Source: Squalus acanthias (Eukaryota). From it: 64,000 bases of DNA. Below, piece by piece: positions 11,750 to 25,013 of this stretch (position 1 is the first letter of the stretch; every line of letters starts with the position of its first letter). The stretch lies in contig CM059432.1 in NCBI GenBank assembly GCA_030390025.1, forward strand, positions 117,492,001 through 117,556,000, in the 5' to 3' direction. The position numbers and the translations under genes are program-made. The notes below the pieces were generated by a model. The model was not told where the DNA came from. It did no database searches and saw only the letters and a list, made by a program, of their open reading frames with translations.

Positions 11750-13650
11750 GTGCAATCCCTTAGTGCCTGTCATTACTGTGCCTTTGCCTACTCTAGTGCT
11801 CCTACGAAGTGTTGACCCAGTGGCTGCAGCACGGCGGGTGGAAGGCTGCTGCTGAATGTCTGTGCAGGAGACTTCAGATGGCCTTGCAGGATGCCCTCAA
11901 CCAGCTCTAGATCTGGAAGGCCTGGCTGTAGACTGCACCACCTCAACATGGGCAGCAGTAGTCTGGGCTGGCTGGATGACAGGCAGCGACAAGGGCAATG
12001 GCAGAATGGCAGTGGTGGGAGCAGGAATGCTCTCATCCTGAGAGAGGACAGCAGGCTCCTGTTCCACTGACCCACTGCCACTCCCCAGGGGCAGCACCTC
12101 AGCATCCCTAGCAATCTGTTGCAGCACAGATTGCTGGCCTGCTGCGACACCGTGAAAGCCCTGGTCGATGGTGGTAGACCCAGCCACAATGGCAGCCATC
12201 TGAGCTTGTGTGGCATCAAGCTGAGACTGCATGAAAGCAGTCTGAGATTGGATTTGACCAAGCATAGACTGCATTACAGCACTAAGACATTGTGTTGCTT
12301 CCGCCTGTGCTGCAATGGAAGCTGCCAGATCGCCCATCACACACGACATCAAGTCTGGGTCATCACGGTCTCTCTGGGAATCTACCATCCTTTGCAGACT
12401 GGAAATGATGGGCTCCATGGACTGCGCAGAGCCTTGTGCAATGTTGGAGGCAGACTCCTCCATGCTCCTTATCATATCCGAGAGGCTCTTGGGCACCCTT
12501 GCCATTGCACCTATCATCTCCGTGTACATACCCATCACCCTTCTTCTAAAGGCCTCCCCATTGAGGTCCTCCTCTGAGTCCTGTGCAGCAGAACTCGTCC
12601 GCGAACTCACCCTCTGGGGAGCTGGCTCCCGAGCTACCCTTTCCCTCTGGCCTTGCTGCAGCCCACTCATCCCCGGTGCATCACCCTGTGCAGATCCTGC
12701 TACTAAACTAGCCACTAAAGAACGCGTAGTGCCAGTATCTGGGCTGGTGTCTGCGGGTGAGACATGTAGTGATGTGGTGTTTTTTCCTCCTCCTCTTCTT
12801 CCCCCTCGCTCTCGATGGTGCCCTCAGGGACAGGCTGCTCAGGTGCTTGCTGATTATCTGAAAGCTTAAACTCACAAGAGTCGGGTTAAGGTGAGGGGAG
12901 GGGGGCAGGAAGGGAGAAATGCATGCATACAGCATGATTAGCGGGAAAGTGCAAAACGCTTGTGGTGTGAGGGGGAAGTGGGATGTGAGAAGAAGGAGTA
13001 GGGATGAACATACTGTTGTTGTCCCCAAGGGGGCCAATGTCGCCGGTGGCCACAGCGCCCACCACCTGGCGCCCAATAATCTGCAGCACTCGATTCTCCA
13101 GCACAGACAGTGGTTGGGTGTCAGCTTGCCCCCTGTCTGTGCGCTCCTGCTCCCTCCTGTTGTGAGCCAACCTGGCCTACAAGAGAAAGGAAAGTGTGTG
13201 ATTGAGTGTGGAACACTTTGTTTGGGTGATGTGCCTGCCATCTTGAATAGCTGGCGTTGTGTGCAAGGTGTGAGATGTGGGTGTGAGTGTTGGTAGGTAG
13301 AGATTGTTGGTGGGTGAGTGCTGGGGGTGTGGTGCTTTGGGCAGTGTGTGAAGACTGTGGTACAGATGGTGGTATGTAGCATTTGTTGAAGCATTCACTC
13401 ACCCTGACCACCCGAGTGAGGTCATTAAATTTCTTCCTGCACTGTCTGTGGCTCCTGGGGACCACAGTGGTGCCCGAGACGTGCTGGGCTACCTCCCTCC
13501 ACATGGTGCAGAAGACTTGTGGTGAGGGCCTTGTGCCACTTGCCAGGTAGAGCACTGCCCTCTGTCTCTCCACAGCAAAAACCAATGCCTCCAATGCTTG
13601 ACCGCAGAATCTGCAGGCTTTCTCCCGGGGCGTGGATCTGCCATGAGCAC
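11750..13650 (-). pseudogene. Harbinger Myb/SANT partner gene, spliced, decayed
   Basis: EALVFAVERQRAVLY...WREVAQHVS...QCRKKFNDLTRVVR|gtgag. Same exon layout as 1364-3082. Confidence 0.75.
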
Positions 13651-13854
13651 ACCTGGTTCAATCCTCTGGCTCCTTCTCCTTGTCCTGCTTCTGCTTGCTA
13701 AGGTAGCTGCACAGCCAGCAATACTGAGAATGAGGTTCTGCAGCATCAATGAACTGCTTTAAGAACTGGAAAAAGCCTGTGGCAATCAGGACTTGCGATT
13801 AGATTGCACCTGATATTAGTCCACCCTTTGCGTGTACTCTTTTTGATTGGGTGC

Positions 13855-14095
13855 TTAAACAAATAAACTGTAACTAATATAACTTTAAATAAAACTTAAC
13901 AAATTAAATTAAAATTGTGTTGGCCGGGGTGATGATGCATTCCAGTCTCCGCGGCGCCCACCGGTCGCGGAATGCCTCAAGCGTGCCAACGGACACCGTG
14001 TGCTCCATCTCCAGGGCCACCCAGGCGCGAACGTGGCCGCGGAAGAGAGGCAGGCAGTCGGGCCGAACGACACCCTTTGAGTGTAACACCAATGA
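13855..14095 (-). mobile_element. Tx1/L1-clade LINE 3' fragment
   Basis: CLPLFRGHVRAWVALEMEH...FRDRWAP..LEC C-terminus followed by a T-rich 3' UTR. Confidence 0.6.
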
Positions 14096-14458
14096 GCTTG
14101 GGCTTTAAGACTTGATTTAGGACTCCAATCATTTTTTTGAACATTGAGCATGAATTTTGCATGCCATCTAAAGTATTAGCGCCGGCGCTAATTTTCCAAC
14201 TTTTCTACTGACACCACCCATTCCTTGGCTATAATGAATTTCTAGCCCCATAACCCCAAACCCAGTCTTAGACTTGCCCAGTGCTCTCAGCACTTGCAGA
14301 CACTCTGAAATAACCTATGCCCACCTGATCCTGGTACCGAATGCTGATTCAGTACATCGAGCTCATATCCAAGACTTTATAAAAGTTAAGAGACAGAAAA
14401 TTGAGTACAGCAGTAAAGGAACATGAGTGAGGGCTGTAAAGAAAGATGTAAAGACATA

Positions 14459-16517
14459 GACGGTTAAATTGGTTAGCCCCTGAAAACGGGTGCAGGAATC
14501 GTGATAAGCGATTAACTCACGCCTGTTGTGTGGAATGCAGGCAGCACGCCAACTTCGTGCTACCTGCTGATTATTAATGATTTCTGTGTGCAGCCAACAC
14601 TTCCCGCACTGTTCATTGGCTGCATGGAAAAGCAGTGGGCCCAATATGGTTACTAACTTGCATTACTTAAAGCTAGCCTGCCCCTCTTAAAGGGGATGTG
14701 CATTGTGGCTGAAGCAGTTGCTGGGAGTCGTTCTGCAAGTGAATCTGACCGGGGCGGCGCCTTATCATTCGGAGCCATCTGTTGGAGAACAGATTGCTGG
14801 AGTGCTGTGAGACCATGCAAGCCCCTTTCCACACTCATAAACCCAGCCACGATGACACCAGTCTGAGCTTCCACTGCAGCACTCAGACATTGGGTCGCTT
14901 CCCCCTGTGCTGCAGTGCAAGCTGCGACATCGCCCATCACACCCAGCATCATGGCTGGCTCGACAAGTTCTCTCATGGAGTTGTCCATCATTTCCTCTTC
15001 AGAATCACAGGCTCCAAGCTCTGTGCAAAGCCCAGTGCAATGTTGGAGCCGGACTCCTCCATGCTGCTTGACACTGACAAGAGGCTCTCTGGCTGGCCTG
15101 CCATTGCACCAAGGATTTGTGTGTGCATGCCCATCATCCTTCTTCTGAAAGCTTCCCCATCGAGGTCATTATCAGAGTTCTGTGCAGCAGAACTGGTACA
15201 CGAACACACCCTCCGGGGAGATGGCACCCAAGCTACCCTTTCCCCCGGCCTGGCTGCAGCCCGCTCGTGCCCTGTGACTCACCATGTGCAGATCCTGCCT
15301 CTATACTACTCCCTAGAGTACGTGCAGTGCCATTTTCTGAGCTGGTGCCTGGGAGCATCAGATCGAGTGATGGTGCCTCTTCTTCTCTATCACTGTCCTC
15401 CTGCATAACTTCGGAGAGAGGCTGGGCTGGTGGGACTTCTTGGGTATCTGAAAGGAGAAATGCAGAAGGGTTGAGTTGTGGTGTGGGGAAGGGGGAAAGC
15501 AAGATAACCATGCATGCACCATTAGCAGCTCGTCAGTGAGAAGAAATTGTGGGATGAGGGGGAAGTGGGATGTGAGAAGAAGGATTAGGTATGAGCATAC
15601 CGTCATCATCAGCAATGCTGTCCACTTCCCCGCTCGCCATGAACTCTGTCACTGCCCCTCCAATTTTTGTGAGCATTGCACCCGTCTGGTGGTGTTCCCG
15701 ATGGTTGTGCGCCACCTTGGCCTGCAAGAGAAACGGAAGTGTCAGTGAGCGTGGTGCAATGCGTCTGGGTGATGTGCCTTCCATGTTTGAATAGCTAGCA
15801 GTGTACGAATGGTGTGAAATGTGGGCGTGAGGCTTGCAGCAGTGGTAAGTGTGTGAGGGTGAAGCTATGATTGTGAGGTATGAATGGTGATAACTAGAGA
15901 TTGTTGGTAGGTGTGGTACATTGAACAGTGTGTGAGGCTTGTGGTGCAATTGGTGGGATATGGCATTTGATGATGCATTCACTCACCTTGACCAGCCATG
16001 TGAGGTCATTAAACTTTTTGCAGCACTGGATCCAGGTCCTGGGGACAACACTCGTCGGAGTGACGTCTTGAGCAATCTCCTCCCATTGCCTTCTGATGTC
16101 TGTCTTGAAGGCCTCCTGCCCCCCTGCGGGTAGAGGACCTCACGGTGTCTTTAACCCCCAGGACCAAGGCCTCCAGTGCCGCATCAGAAAATCTTCTCGC
16201 CCTTTCCCTCAGCTGTTGGCCCATGGCTTTGTTTAGACTGACAATGAGGTGCTTCTGCAACAACGCACCTCCCCTTTAAGTAGTGCAGACAGCCGAGGCC
16301 AAATTTTACTGGCCATCAGACTGCACCCGATAGTGGCACCCTCGTTGAGCGCTAAACCAATCAGCAGCGTGTTTAGTGCTAGGATCAGCGGTGCAATCAT
16401 GTTAATGAGCAGGCAGTACGAATTTTGTCTGTTGCCTGCACCACTTAGAATGGGCACAGGCAAATAGCGCTGGACGATGCACTCCTCTGTTTTCAGGCCT
16501 TATCCAATTTCTAGGCC
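14459..16517 (-). mobile_element. Non-autonomous Harbinger element retaining only a decayed Myb/SANT gene (~14750-16224)
   Basis: Imperfect TIRs (GACGGTTAAATTGG / CCAATTTCTAGGCC), ATA TSD. MGQQLRERARRFSDAALEALV...QCCKKFNDL. Confidence 0.72.
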
Positions 16518-16596
16518 ATAGTCTCTGATTCAATCACTAATTCCATCTCTGTAAAAAAACTTTATCCTGTTCTCCGTTCTCAATCTCTTACATTTA

Positions 16597-17235
16597 GGGG
16601 TAAAAATTGGGTAGCGCCCCCTTTGGCCGATTTTCCCTGGTAGTGCCCCGAGAGGGAGGAGGGGCGCTACTGGAAGCGCCCCGCGTCCCTCTTGGGGTGC
16701 TGCGAGCCAATATCGCGGCGATACGTGTGCAGCGCCACGCCGCGGTACTGCAGGCCTTCCTCCTCTTATTAAAGGGGAGGGGCCTGACGCAGCGCGCCCC
16801 GGCACCCAGTTGGGCCACCACGGATCGGGAGTGCCGGCAAACGAGCCTGGTACTCAAGAGGAGTGCCGGGCTCACGGAGAGCAGCCGGCACCCCGTGGGG
16901 GGGCTTCGGGGGGCCAGGGACAGCAACAGGGGCAGGTGCCGGCAGGCGGCCAGCAACAAAAATGGCCGCCCGCCACCTCTCCTTTAACTAGCACCGCCCC
17001 AGCCGCAGGTAGGGCCCCCTGACCCGGGCGGACATAGTGTTTGGCGGTAAGTCGGGGGGCATCACCGGCGGCGCAGCACCGTGCTGCACTAATGGTTAGC
17101 GCCGCCGCTAACCACCCGCTGAATTTCGCGGGAGGCATTAGTGGCGCCGCGCCCAGGCGCTAGTTGATTTGCGCCTCCAGTTAGCGCCCTAAGTGGGTGC
17201 TAACTGGAGGCGCAAATCAACCGAATTTAGTGCCC
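16597..17235. mobile_element. GC-rich Harbinger-type MITE
   Basis: TIRs GGGGTAAAAATTGG / CCGAATTTAGTGCCC, TTA TSD. Inverted relative of 24275-25013. Confidence 0.82.
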
Positions 17236-17569
17236 TTAATCTTATATCTATGTCCTCTTGTTCTAGACTCCTTAACCACTGGAACCAGTTAGGCCTCGAT
17301 TTTGACCCCCACCCCTCTCTGATGGGTTGGAGAGCATCTCGCTGGGGGTGGGAGGGCAAAGTTAAAATACCGGGATCGATCGACCCGACACCCCAACCCA
17401 ACCCTATTGCCGTCTGGTTAAATTTTAGAAAGGCCTAACTCAGGCAGTCAATCAGGCTGGCTGTCAGATGAGAGTCACCCCAAAATTATTTCGATGAGGT
17501 CCCCTGCATCCCCATTCTTTGCCTGCTACCGGGCTCCCCCACAGCCTCCCCGCAAACCTGTTAATATCG

Positions 17570-18320
17570 GGACCTCTGTTTTTATCTACCCTGTCCTTTA
17601 TCATTTTAAGCACCTCTCTCAAACCATCCTATAATAGCCTTTGTTCTAATGAAAACAGCCCCAATTTTTCAAGCCTTTCTTCGTATTTGCATTTCCTCTT
17701 CCAGACAGCATCCTAGTGAATCTACGCTGTGCCCTTCCCATTGCCTCAATCTCCCTCCTATAATGTGGAGCCCAAAATTGCACACAGTGCTCCAACTGTG
17801 GTTTCACTTAGCTTTTATATAGATTCACCATTGTAACTCAACTTTTATATTCTATACTCTATACCTCTTGCTATAACTCCCAGTGTTCATTAGCTTTTAT
17901 TTTATGGTTGTAACTTTTAACGTCTTGTGAATCTGAATCCACAAATCTCTCTGGTTCTCCACATTATGCAACCTTCCCATTCTGCTGAAATGTACCACTT
18001 CACATTTACTGACATTGAATTCCATTTGCTACGTTTTTTTGCCTATTCCATCTTATTAATAACTCCTTTCAGCTCCCCCTAGCCTCCAGGATTATTTACT
18101 ATGTCTCCTATTTTAGTATCACCTGCAAATTTGGACACCACTCCCATCGGCCCTTGATTTACACGGTGAACTGAAGCTGTCTCAGAACAGAACGCTGTGG
18201 GACATCCTTACCCGCTTCCAACCACTCTGAGACACTGCCCTTAAATTCTACTGTCAGTTTCCTCCCTTCTAACCAGTTTTTAATCCAATTCGTTACCCTT
18301 CCTCTAATTCCTTAATCTTC
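17570..18320 (-). mobile_element. Old, degraded CR1 RT fragment
   Basis: Recognisable decayed CR1 RT and C-terminal sequence (KFAGDTK-like, CVQFWAPHY). Confidence 0.65.
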
Positions 18321-18339
18321 CCCATAGTTTGCTTTGGTA

Positions 18340-20860
18340 GAATCATAGAAGGATAGAAAGTTACAGCATGGAAGGAGGCCATTTCAGCCCATCGTGTCTG
18401 CACCGGCTAACAAAGAGCTATCCAGCCTAATCCCACTTCCCAGCTCTTGGTCCATAGCCCTGCAGGTTAGAGCATCCCAAGTGCACATCCAAGTACTTTT
18501 TAAATGTGGTTAGGGTTTCTGCCTCTACCACCCTTTCAGGCAGTGAGTTCCAGACCACCACAACCCTCTGGGTGAAGACATTTCCTCTCAAATCTCCTCT
18601 AAACCTTGCACCAATTATTTTAAATCTGTGCCCCCTGGTTTTTGACCCCTCTGCTAAGGCAAATAGGTCCTTTCTATCCACTTTATCTATGCCCCTCATA
18701 ATTTTATACACCTCAATAAGGTCTCCCCTCAGCCTCCTCTGTTCCAAGGAAAACAGACCCAGCCTATCCAGTCTTTCCTCATAGCTAAGATTCTCTACTC
18801 CCGGCAACATCCTTGTAAATCTCCTCTGTACCCTCTCTAGTGCAATCACATCTTTCCTGTAATGTGGTGACCAGAACTGCACGCAGTACTCTAGCTGAGG
18901 CCTAACTAGTGTTTTATACAGTTGAAGTATAACCCCCCTGCTCTTGTATTCTATGCCATGGCTAATAAAGGCAAGCATTCCGTATGCCTTCTTAACCACC
19001 TTATCTACCTGGCCTGCTACCTTCAGGGATCTGTGGACATGCACTCCAAGGACCCTTTGTTCCTCTACACTACTCAGTGTCCTATCATTTAATGTGTAAT
19101 CCCTTTCCTTGTTAGCCCTCCCCAAATGCATTACCTCACACTTCTCCGGATTGAATTCCATTTGCCACTGTTCTGCCCACCTGACCAATTTATTGATATC
19201 TTCCGGCAGTCTACAACTTCCTTCTTCAGTATCAACCACACAGCCGATTTTAGTATCATCTGCAAACTTCTTAATCATACCTCCATATTCAAGTCTAGAT
19301 CATTGATATATACCACAAAAAGCAAGGGACCTAGTACTGAGCCCTGCGGAACCCCACTGGAAATAGCCTGCCAGTCACAAAAACACCCATCAACCAATGC
19401 CCTCTGCTTCCTGTCTCCGAGCCAGTTTTGAATTCAACTTGACACTTTGCCCTGGATCCCATGGGCTTTTAGCTTCGTGACCAGTCTGCCACGTGGAACC
19501 TTATCAAAAGCCTTGCTAAAGTCCATATACACTACATCAAACGCACTACCCTCATCTACCCTCCTTGTTAGCTCCTCAAAAAATTCAATCAAGTTTGTCA
19601 GACACGACCTTCCCTTAACAAATCCGTGCTGACTATCCTTGATTAATCCGTGTCTTTCTAAATGAAGATTTATCCTGTCCTTCAGAATTCTTTCCAATAA
19701 TTTTCCCACCATCGAGGTTAGGCTGACTGGCCTGTAATTACTCAGTCTATCCTTTTCTCCCTTTTTAAACAAGGGTACACATTAGCAGTCCTCCAGTCCT
19801 CCGGCACCACACCTGAAGCTAGAGAGGATTGAAAAATGATGGTCAGGGCCTCTGCTATTTCCTCGTTTGCTTTGCTTAACAGCCTGGGATACATTTCATC
19901 CGGGCCTGGGGATTTATCCACTTTTAAAGCTGCTAAACCCCTTAATACTTCCTCTCTCACTATGTTTATTTCATCTAATATTTCACACTCCTCCCCGCTG
20001 ATAGCAATGTCTGCTTCACCCCTCTCCTTTGTGTAAGAACCCTACCGACGTCGCCCGCCTCCACACACAGATTACCCTCATGATATCCAATAGGCCCTAC
20101 CCTTTCTTTAGTTATCCTCTTACTCTTAATATATTTATAAAACATCTTAGGGTTTTCCTTGATTTTACTTGCCAAGAATTTTTCATGCTCTCTCTTTGCT
20201 TTCCTAATATCCTTTTTAATTGCACCCCTGCACTTTCTGTACTCCACTAAAGATTCTGGAGTATTTAGCCCTCGGTTTCTGTCTTTCGCCTCCCTTTTTT
20301 TCTTTATCCTACCCTGTATGTCTCTAGACATCGAGGGGGCTCTAGATTTGTTAGTCCCACCTTTTTCTTTAAGGGTACATATTTGGTCTGAACCCTCCGG
20401 ATCTCCTCCTTGAATGCCTCCCACTGCTCTGACACTGATTTATCTTCAAGTAGCTGTTTCCAGTCCGCTATGGCTAAATCCCCTCTGAGCTTAGCAAAAT
20501 TTGCTTTTCCCCAATTTAGAATTTTTATTCCTGGTCTATCCTTGTCCTTTTCCATAACTACCTTAAATCTAACAGAATTATGGTCACTAGCACCAAAATG
20601 CTCCCCCACTGATACGCCTTCTACCTGCCCAGCTTCATTCCCTAAAACTAAGTCCAGAACCGTCCCCTCCCTTGTTGGACTTGCTACATATTGGCTAAAA
20701 AAGTTCTCCTGGATGCATTTTAGGAATTCCGCACCCGCTATACCCATCACACTAATTTTATCCCAGTTAATATTGGGGTAGTTGAAATCCCCTACTATTA
20801 CTGCCCTATAGTTTTTGCACTTCTCAGAAATTTGTCTACATATTTGATCTTCGACCTCCC
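18340..20860 (-). mobile_element. 5'-truncated CR1 LINE (ORF2 pseudogene)
   Basis: ORF pieces 18427-20750 with endonuclease C-terminal part and RT motifs; 3' tail atagaa repeats. Confidence 0.92.
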
Positions 20861-20869
20861 AACTTTTTA

Positions 20870-22080
20870 TTTTATTCGTTTATGGGTTGTGGGTGTCGCT
20901 GGCAAGGCCATCATTTATTGCCCATCCCTAATTGCCCTTGAGAAGGTGGTGGTGAGCCGCCTTCTTGAACCGCTGCAGTCCGTGTGGTGAAGGTACTCCC
21001 ACAGTGCTGTTAGGTAGGGAGTTCCAGAATTTTGACACAGCGACGATGAAGGATCGGTGATATACTTCTAAGTCAGGATGGTGTGTGACTTGGAGGGGAA
21101 CTTGGAGGTGGTGGTGTTCCCATGTGCCAGCTGCCCTTGTCCTTCTAGGTGGAAGAGGTCGCGGGTTTGGGAGATGCTGCCGAAGAAGCCTTGGCGAGTT
21201 GCTGCAGTGCATCTTGTAGATGGTACACACTGTAGCCACGATACGCCGGTGGTGGAGGGAGTAAATGTTTAATGTGGTGGATGGGGTGCCAATCAAGTGG
21301 GCTGCTTTGTCCTGGATGGTGTCGAGCTTCTTGAGTGTTGTTGGAGCTGCACTCATCCAGGCAAGTGGAGAGTATTCCATCACACTCCTTACTTGTGCCT
21401 TGTAGATTGTGGAAAGGCTTTGGGGGGTCAGGAGGTGAGACACTCGCCACAGAATACCTAGCCTCTGACCTGATCTTGTTGCCACAGTATTTATGTGGCT
21501 GGTCCAGTTAAGTTTCTGGTCAATGGTGATGGTGGAGGATTTGGCGATGGTAATGCCGTTGTTGGAGATAGTCATTGCCTGGCACTTATCAGCCCAAGCC
21601 TAAACGTCGTCCAGGTCTTGTTGCATGCAGGCATGGACTGCTTCATTACCTGAGGAGTTGTGAATGGCACTGAACACTGTGCAGTCATCAGCGAACATCC
21701 ACATTTTTGACCTTATGTTGGAGGGAAAGTCATTGATGAAGCAGCTGAAGATGGTTGAGCCTAGGACACTGCCCTGAGGAACTCCTGCAGTGATGTCCTG
21801 GGGTTGTGATGATTGACCTTCCACCACCACAACCATCTTCCTTTGTGCTTGGTATGACTCCAGCCAGTGGAGAGTTTTCTCCCCGATTCCATATTTTCTT
21901 CAGTTTTACTCGGGCTCCTTGATGCCACACTCGGTCAAATGCTGCCTTGAGGTCAAGGGCAGTCATTCTCACCTCACCTTTGGAACTCAGCTCCTTTGTC
22001 CATGTTTGGACCTAGGCTGTAATGAGGTCAGGAGCCGAGTGGTCTTGGCGGAACTCAAATTGGGCATCAGTGAGCAGGTT
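20870..22080 (-). mobile_element. CR1-superfamily (Zenon/Crack-like) LINE, 3' part
   Basis: ALDLKAAFDRVWH, GVPQGSVLG, MFADDC, KLNWTSHI...YKAQVRSVMEYS; 3' end GGGCAATTAGGGATGGGCAATAAATG. Confidence 0.8.
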
Positions 22081-24029
22081 AGTGAAGTAGATAGTCATAT
22101 CATCCCTTAGTAGAGCTGCAGGGCCTTACACGAAACTCTATTGCTGTGTCATGCTCAATCCCTCCTCCTGTTTAACATAGTTGCACTGTGTACAGATAAG
22201 TTTCAATCTGAGTTCCTGTTCAATGGTGCACAGGTTCCAACTGTTCCTTGGGATGTGTCTGAAAAATCATGGCAGATTATTTTTTCCATCCATGTATTGG
22301 ATAAATGGGATCTGTACATCAAGCAGGACGTGCAGAGTGTGGTGATTTGTGGATATTGCAGGGAGATAAAGTAAAGCCAAAGACAAAGTAGGTGAAGGTG
22401 ATCAATGCTAGAATGTGTTAAAGAAGAGTAAACTATCATGTACAGCACATTACTAACCCACACAGAACCAGGACAGATACTGTTACAAAGCGCATAAGTG
22501 TAGGAATTACATTTGTTTCATTTTAAACCAGATATTTTAAGGATAAAAAGGTGGATAAAAATAGACAGGATAATTTGTGTGATGGGGAAATTTATTCATG
22601 CTTGGTATTGTAGAATGACGAGTCTAGAAAGCGCACCTTAAGCTGGGTTACACGCAACAAAAAAGTACAACTAGTGAAGAAGAAGAGATGTTGAAAAATT
22701 GGTTTTGTGTCAGATGAAGTTGGAGAAGAAGTAGGCTTGCAGAGATGATGATGAAGCCATAATATTATGTAAATGAAGAGAGGCAGAGATGTTAGGTGTC
22801 TGCATATGATACAGTGATATTTCAAGTAAGCGAGAGATTGACCAGTGGTTCATGTGCGTTGAGGAAAACAATACTGGCCAAAGTATAAGGGGCAAATAAG
22901 TTTAGGGCAGTGGTGAATCCGGTTACTGTTTGAGATAGAGGATGTAGAGAAAACGATGGATCGATACTTGTATGACAGAAGGGGGTGGTTACAGATTAGG
23001 GTGGAGATCAGAAAGCATTATTTTTGCACAGTAAGAAAATAATGCAGCTGGAAGCAATATTCGGAAACATATCTGACTAGAAACAAATGTTATTCATGGG
23101 ACCTTGTTAGTTGAGGAAGAAACGTTAAGATGAGTTGACAGGGTGATGAGCTGCTACTGATCAATGATGTTCTTCCTATAGGCGGAGTGGGTGTACATTA
23201 CATTAGATGGACAGTATTTTGTATTGCGGAAGTAACTGATTATAAATAAAGGCCTTAAGGAATGTCTGTGTTTTGGGCATGGTTTGATGTCTGACCAGGA
23301 GTGAGGTTATCAGCAGCACCCATGCAAATGCCTCAATTCATTCACAAAGAATTCATGGAAAAACTAAGGCCCAATCCCTTCAACAAGTAAAGTGTGAACC
23401 TTGTATGCAAACTGACAATGTTACTGTAATGTAGAACACTGGATTACATGCGCTTAAACCCTGGATTAGTAATACAAAGTACTTCCATGTTAAGAAATAT
23501 TAAGAGTGAACTGCAGTGCACGTTTCCGCCCATATTACTGTACCTTTATTATTAGTTCACACTTTAAAAAGAACAAACAGAAATAAGTGTTACAAATATG
23601 ATAGTCAATCAAGATAATTTTTCATTGTTTATACTGTCGAGGATGCTCAAATCATGGGAGTGAGCTGTGTTTAAAGGCTGGCTTAAAAAAAATTCACTTT
23701 GCTCCAGAGCTTCGTGATTTTGCTCCAATAAAATTAGATATATCCATCCCAGAGAGAGATAAAGCGAACACAATTTAAAAAAAAGTGAGTGAAAGCCATA
23801 CAGAGAAAGAGAGAAAGGCTGGAAGGCAAATAAAAAGATCGAGAAAGGGAACCAGATAGGGAGCGGGAGAGAAGCAGAGACACGTGACGAGAGAAGCATT
23901 TTTTTTTGTCTGTGAATAAGCAAAGTGTCAATTTTAATAAGAAAAAATACTTTGTGCTAAATATGCCAACACTTTTTGGAGCATACAGCTATGTAATGTA
24001 TATTTACCTCTATTTAGGGATCCCTGCAA

Positions 24030-24270
24030 CTTACATAGATTACATAGAATTTATAGCACGGAAACAGGACATTCGGCCCCACGGGTCTGTGACAGTGTTT
24101 ATGATCCACGCAAACCTCCTCCCACCCGACTTCATCTAACCCTATCAGCATATGCTTCTATTCCTTTCTCCCTCATCTATTTATCTAGCTTCCATGCTAT
24201 TCACCTCATCTACTCCATGTGGTAGTGAGTTCCACCTTCTAACTACTCTCTGGGTAAAGAATCATAGGAA
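24030..24270 (-). mobile_element. CR1 3' end remnant
   Basis: catagatt tail and CR1 3' UTR sequence. Confidence 0.6.
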
Positions 24271-24274
24271 CATA

Positions 24275-25013
24275 GGGGGAAAAAATGGGTTTCTTTGCGC
24301 CTCCCGTTAGTACCCTAAGAGGGCGCTAACGGGGCGCAAAGCAACTAGCGCCTGGGCGCAGCACCACCCACGCCTCCCACGAAATTCAGCGGAAGGTTAG
24401 TGGCGGCGCTAACCGGTAGTGCCCCGCAGCGCTGCGCCGCTGGCGATGTTGTCATCGTCGTACACAGCGTCCCGCTTGCGCCCTGGCCGCGATCTTCGGG
24501 AGCGCCCCTGACTTGCCACCAGACGCTATGTCCGACGGGGTCAGGGGGCCTACCTGCGGCCAGGGAGGCGCAATTTAAAGGCGAGGTGCGGGGCGGCCTT
24601 TTTTTTGCTGGCCACCTGCCAGCACCTGCCTGCGCTCCCGTCCCCGACCTCCTGATCGGCCCCCCCCGTGGAGTGTCGACTGCGCTCCAAGAGCCCAGCA
24701 CTTCTCTTGAGTGCCGGGCTCTTTTGCTGGTGCTCCCGATCCCCGGGGGCCCAGCTGGGCCCTGGGTCGCGCTGTGCAAGGCCCCTCCCCTTTAAGAAGG
24801 GGAGGAAGGCCTGCAATACCGTGGCACGTAGCGCTGCGATATTCCCTCGCAGCGCCCCAAGAGGGATGCGGGGCTCTTCCAGTAGCGCCCCTCTTCCCTC
24901 TTGGGGCGCAACCATTTAATTTCCGGCGCGGGTCGCTAATTTTTCCGGGGTACTAAAAGTAGCGTTCCAGCGAAGATAGCGCCCCAAATGGGGCGCTACT
25001 CAATTTTCAGCCC
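24275..25013. mobile_element. GC-rich Harbinger-type MITE
   Basis: TIRs GGGGGAAAAAATG / CAATTTTCAGCCC, ATA TSD, within a CR1 (catagaat) tail. Confidence 0.82.

Larger units (their letters stand above)
9885..14249. mobile_element. Degenerate Harbinger element: truncated transposase remnant plus Myb/SANT gene, with nested insertions
   Basis: Left TIR GGGGGAAAAATTC (~9885), right GAATTTCTAGCCCC (~14249). Transposase 5' remnant 10545-10820 (LRLTKEVVTELCHLLQTDLQP). Confidence 0.72.

Noticed and set aside
16530..17138. Multiple overlapping GC-rich ORFs (also 24345-24956)
   Set aside because: They lie within TIR/TSD-bounded MITEs; stop scarcity is explained by GC content.
22100..24000. Possible host exons in unique-looking AT-rich sequence (also 30100-31700, 33850-34030, 62370-63600)
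   Set aside because: No recognisable protein motif with a consistent splice-site pair. 33850-33930 on the minus strand (TIFPEQWKAA) looks like an ancient LINE RT remnant. Small exons cannot be excluded.
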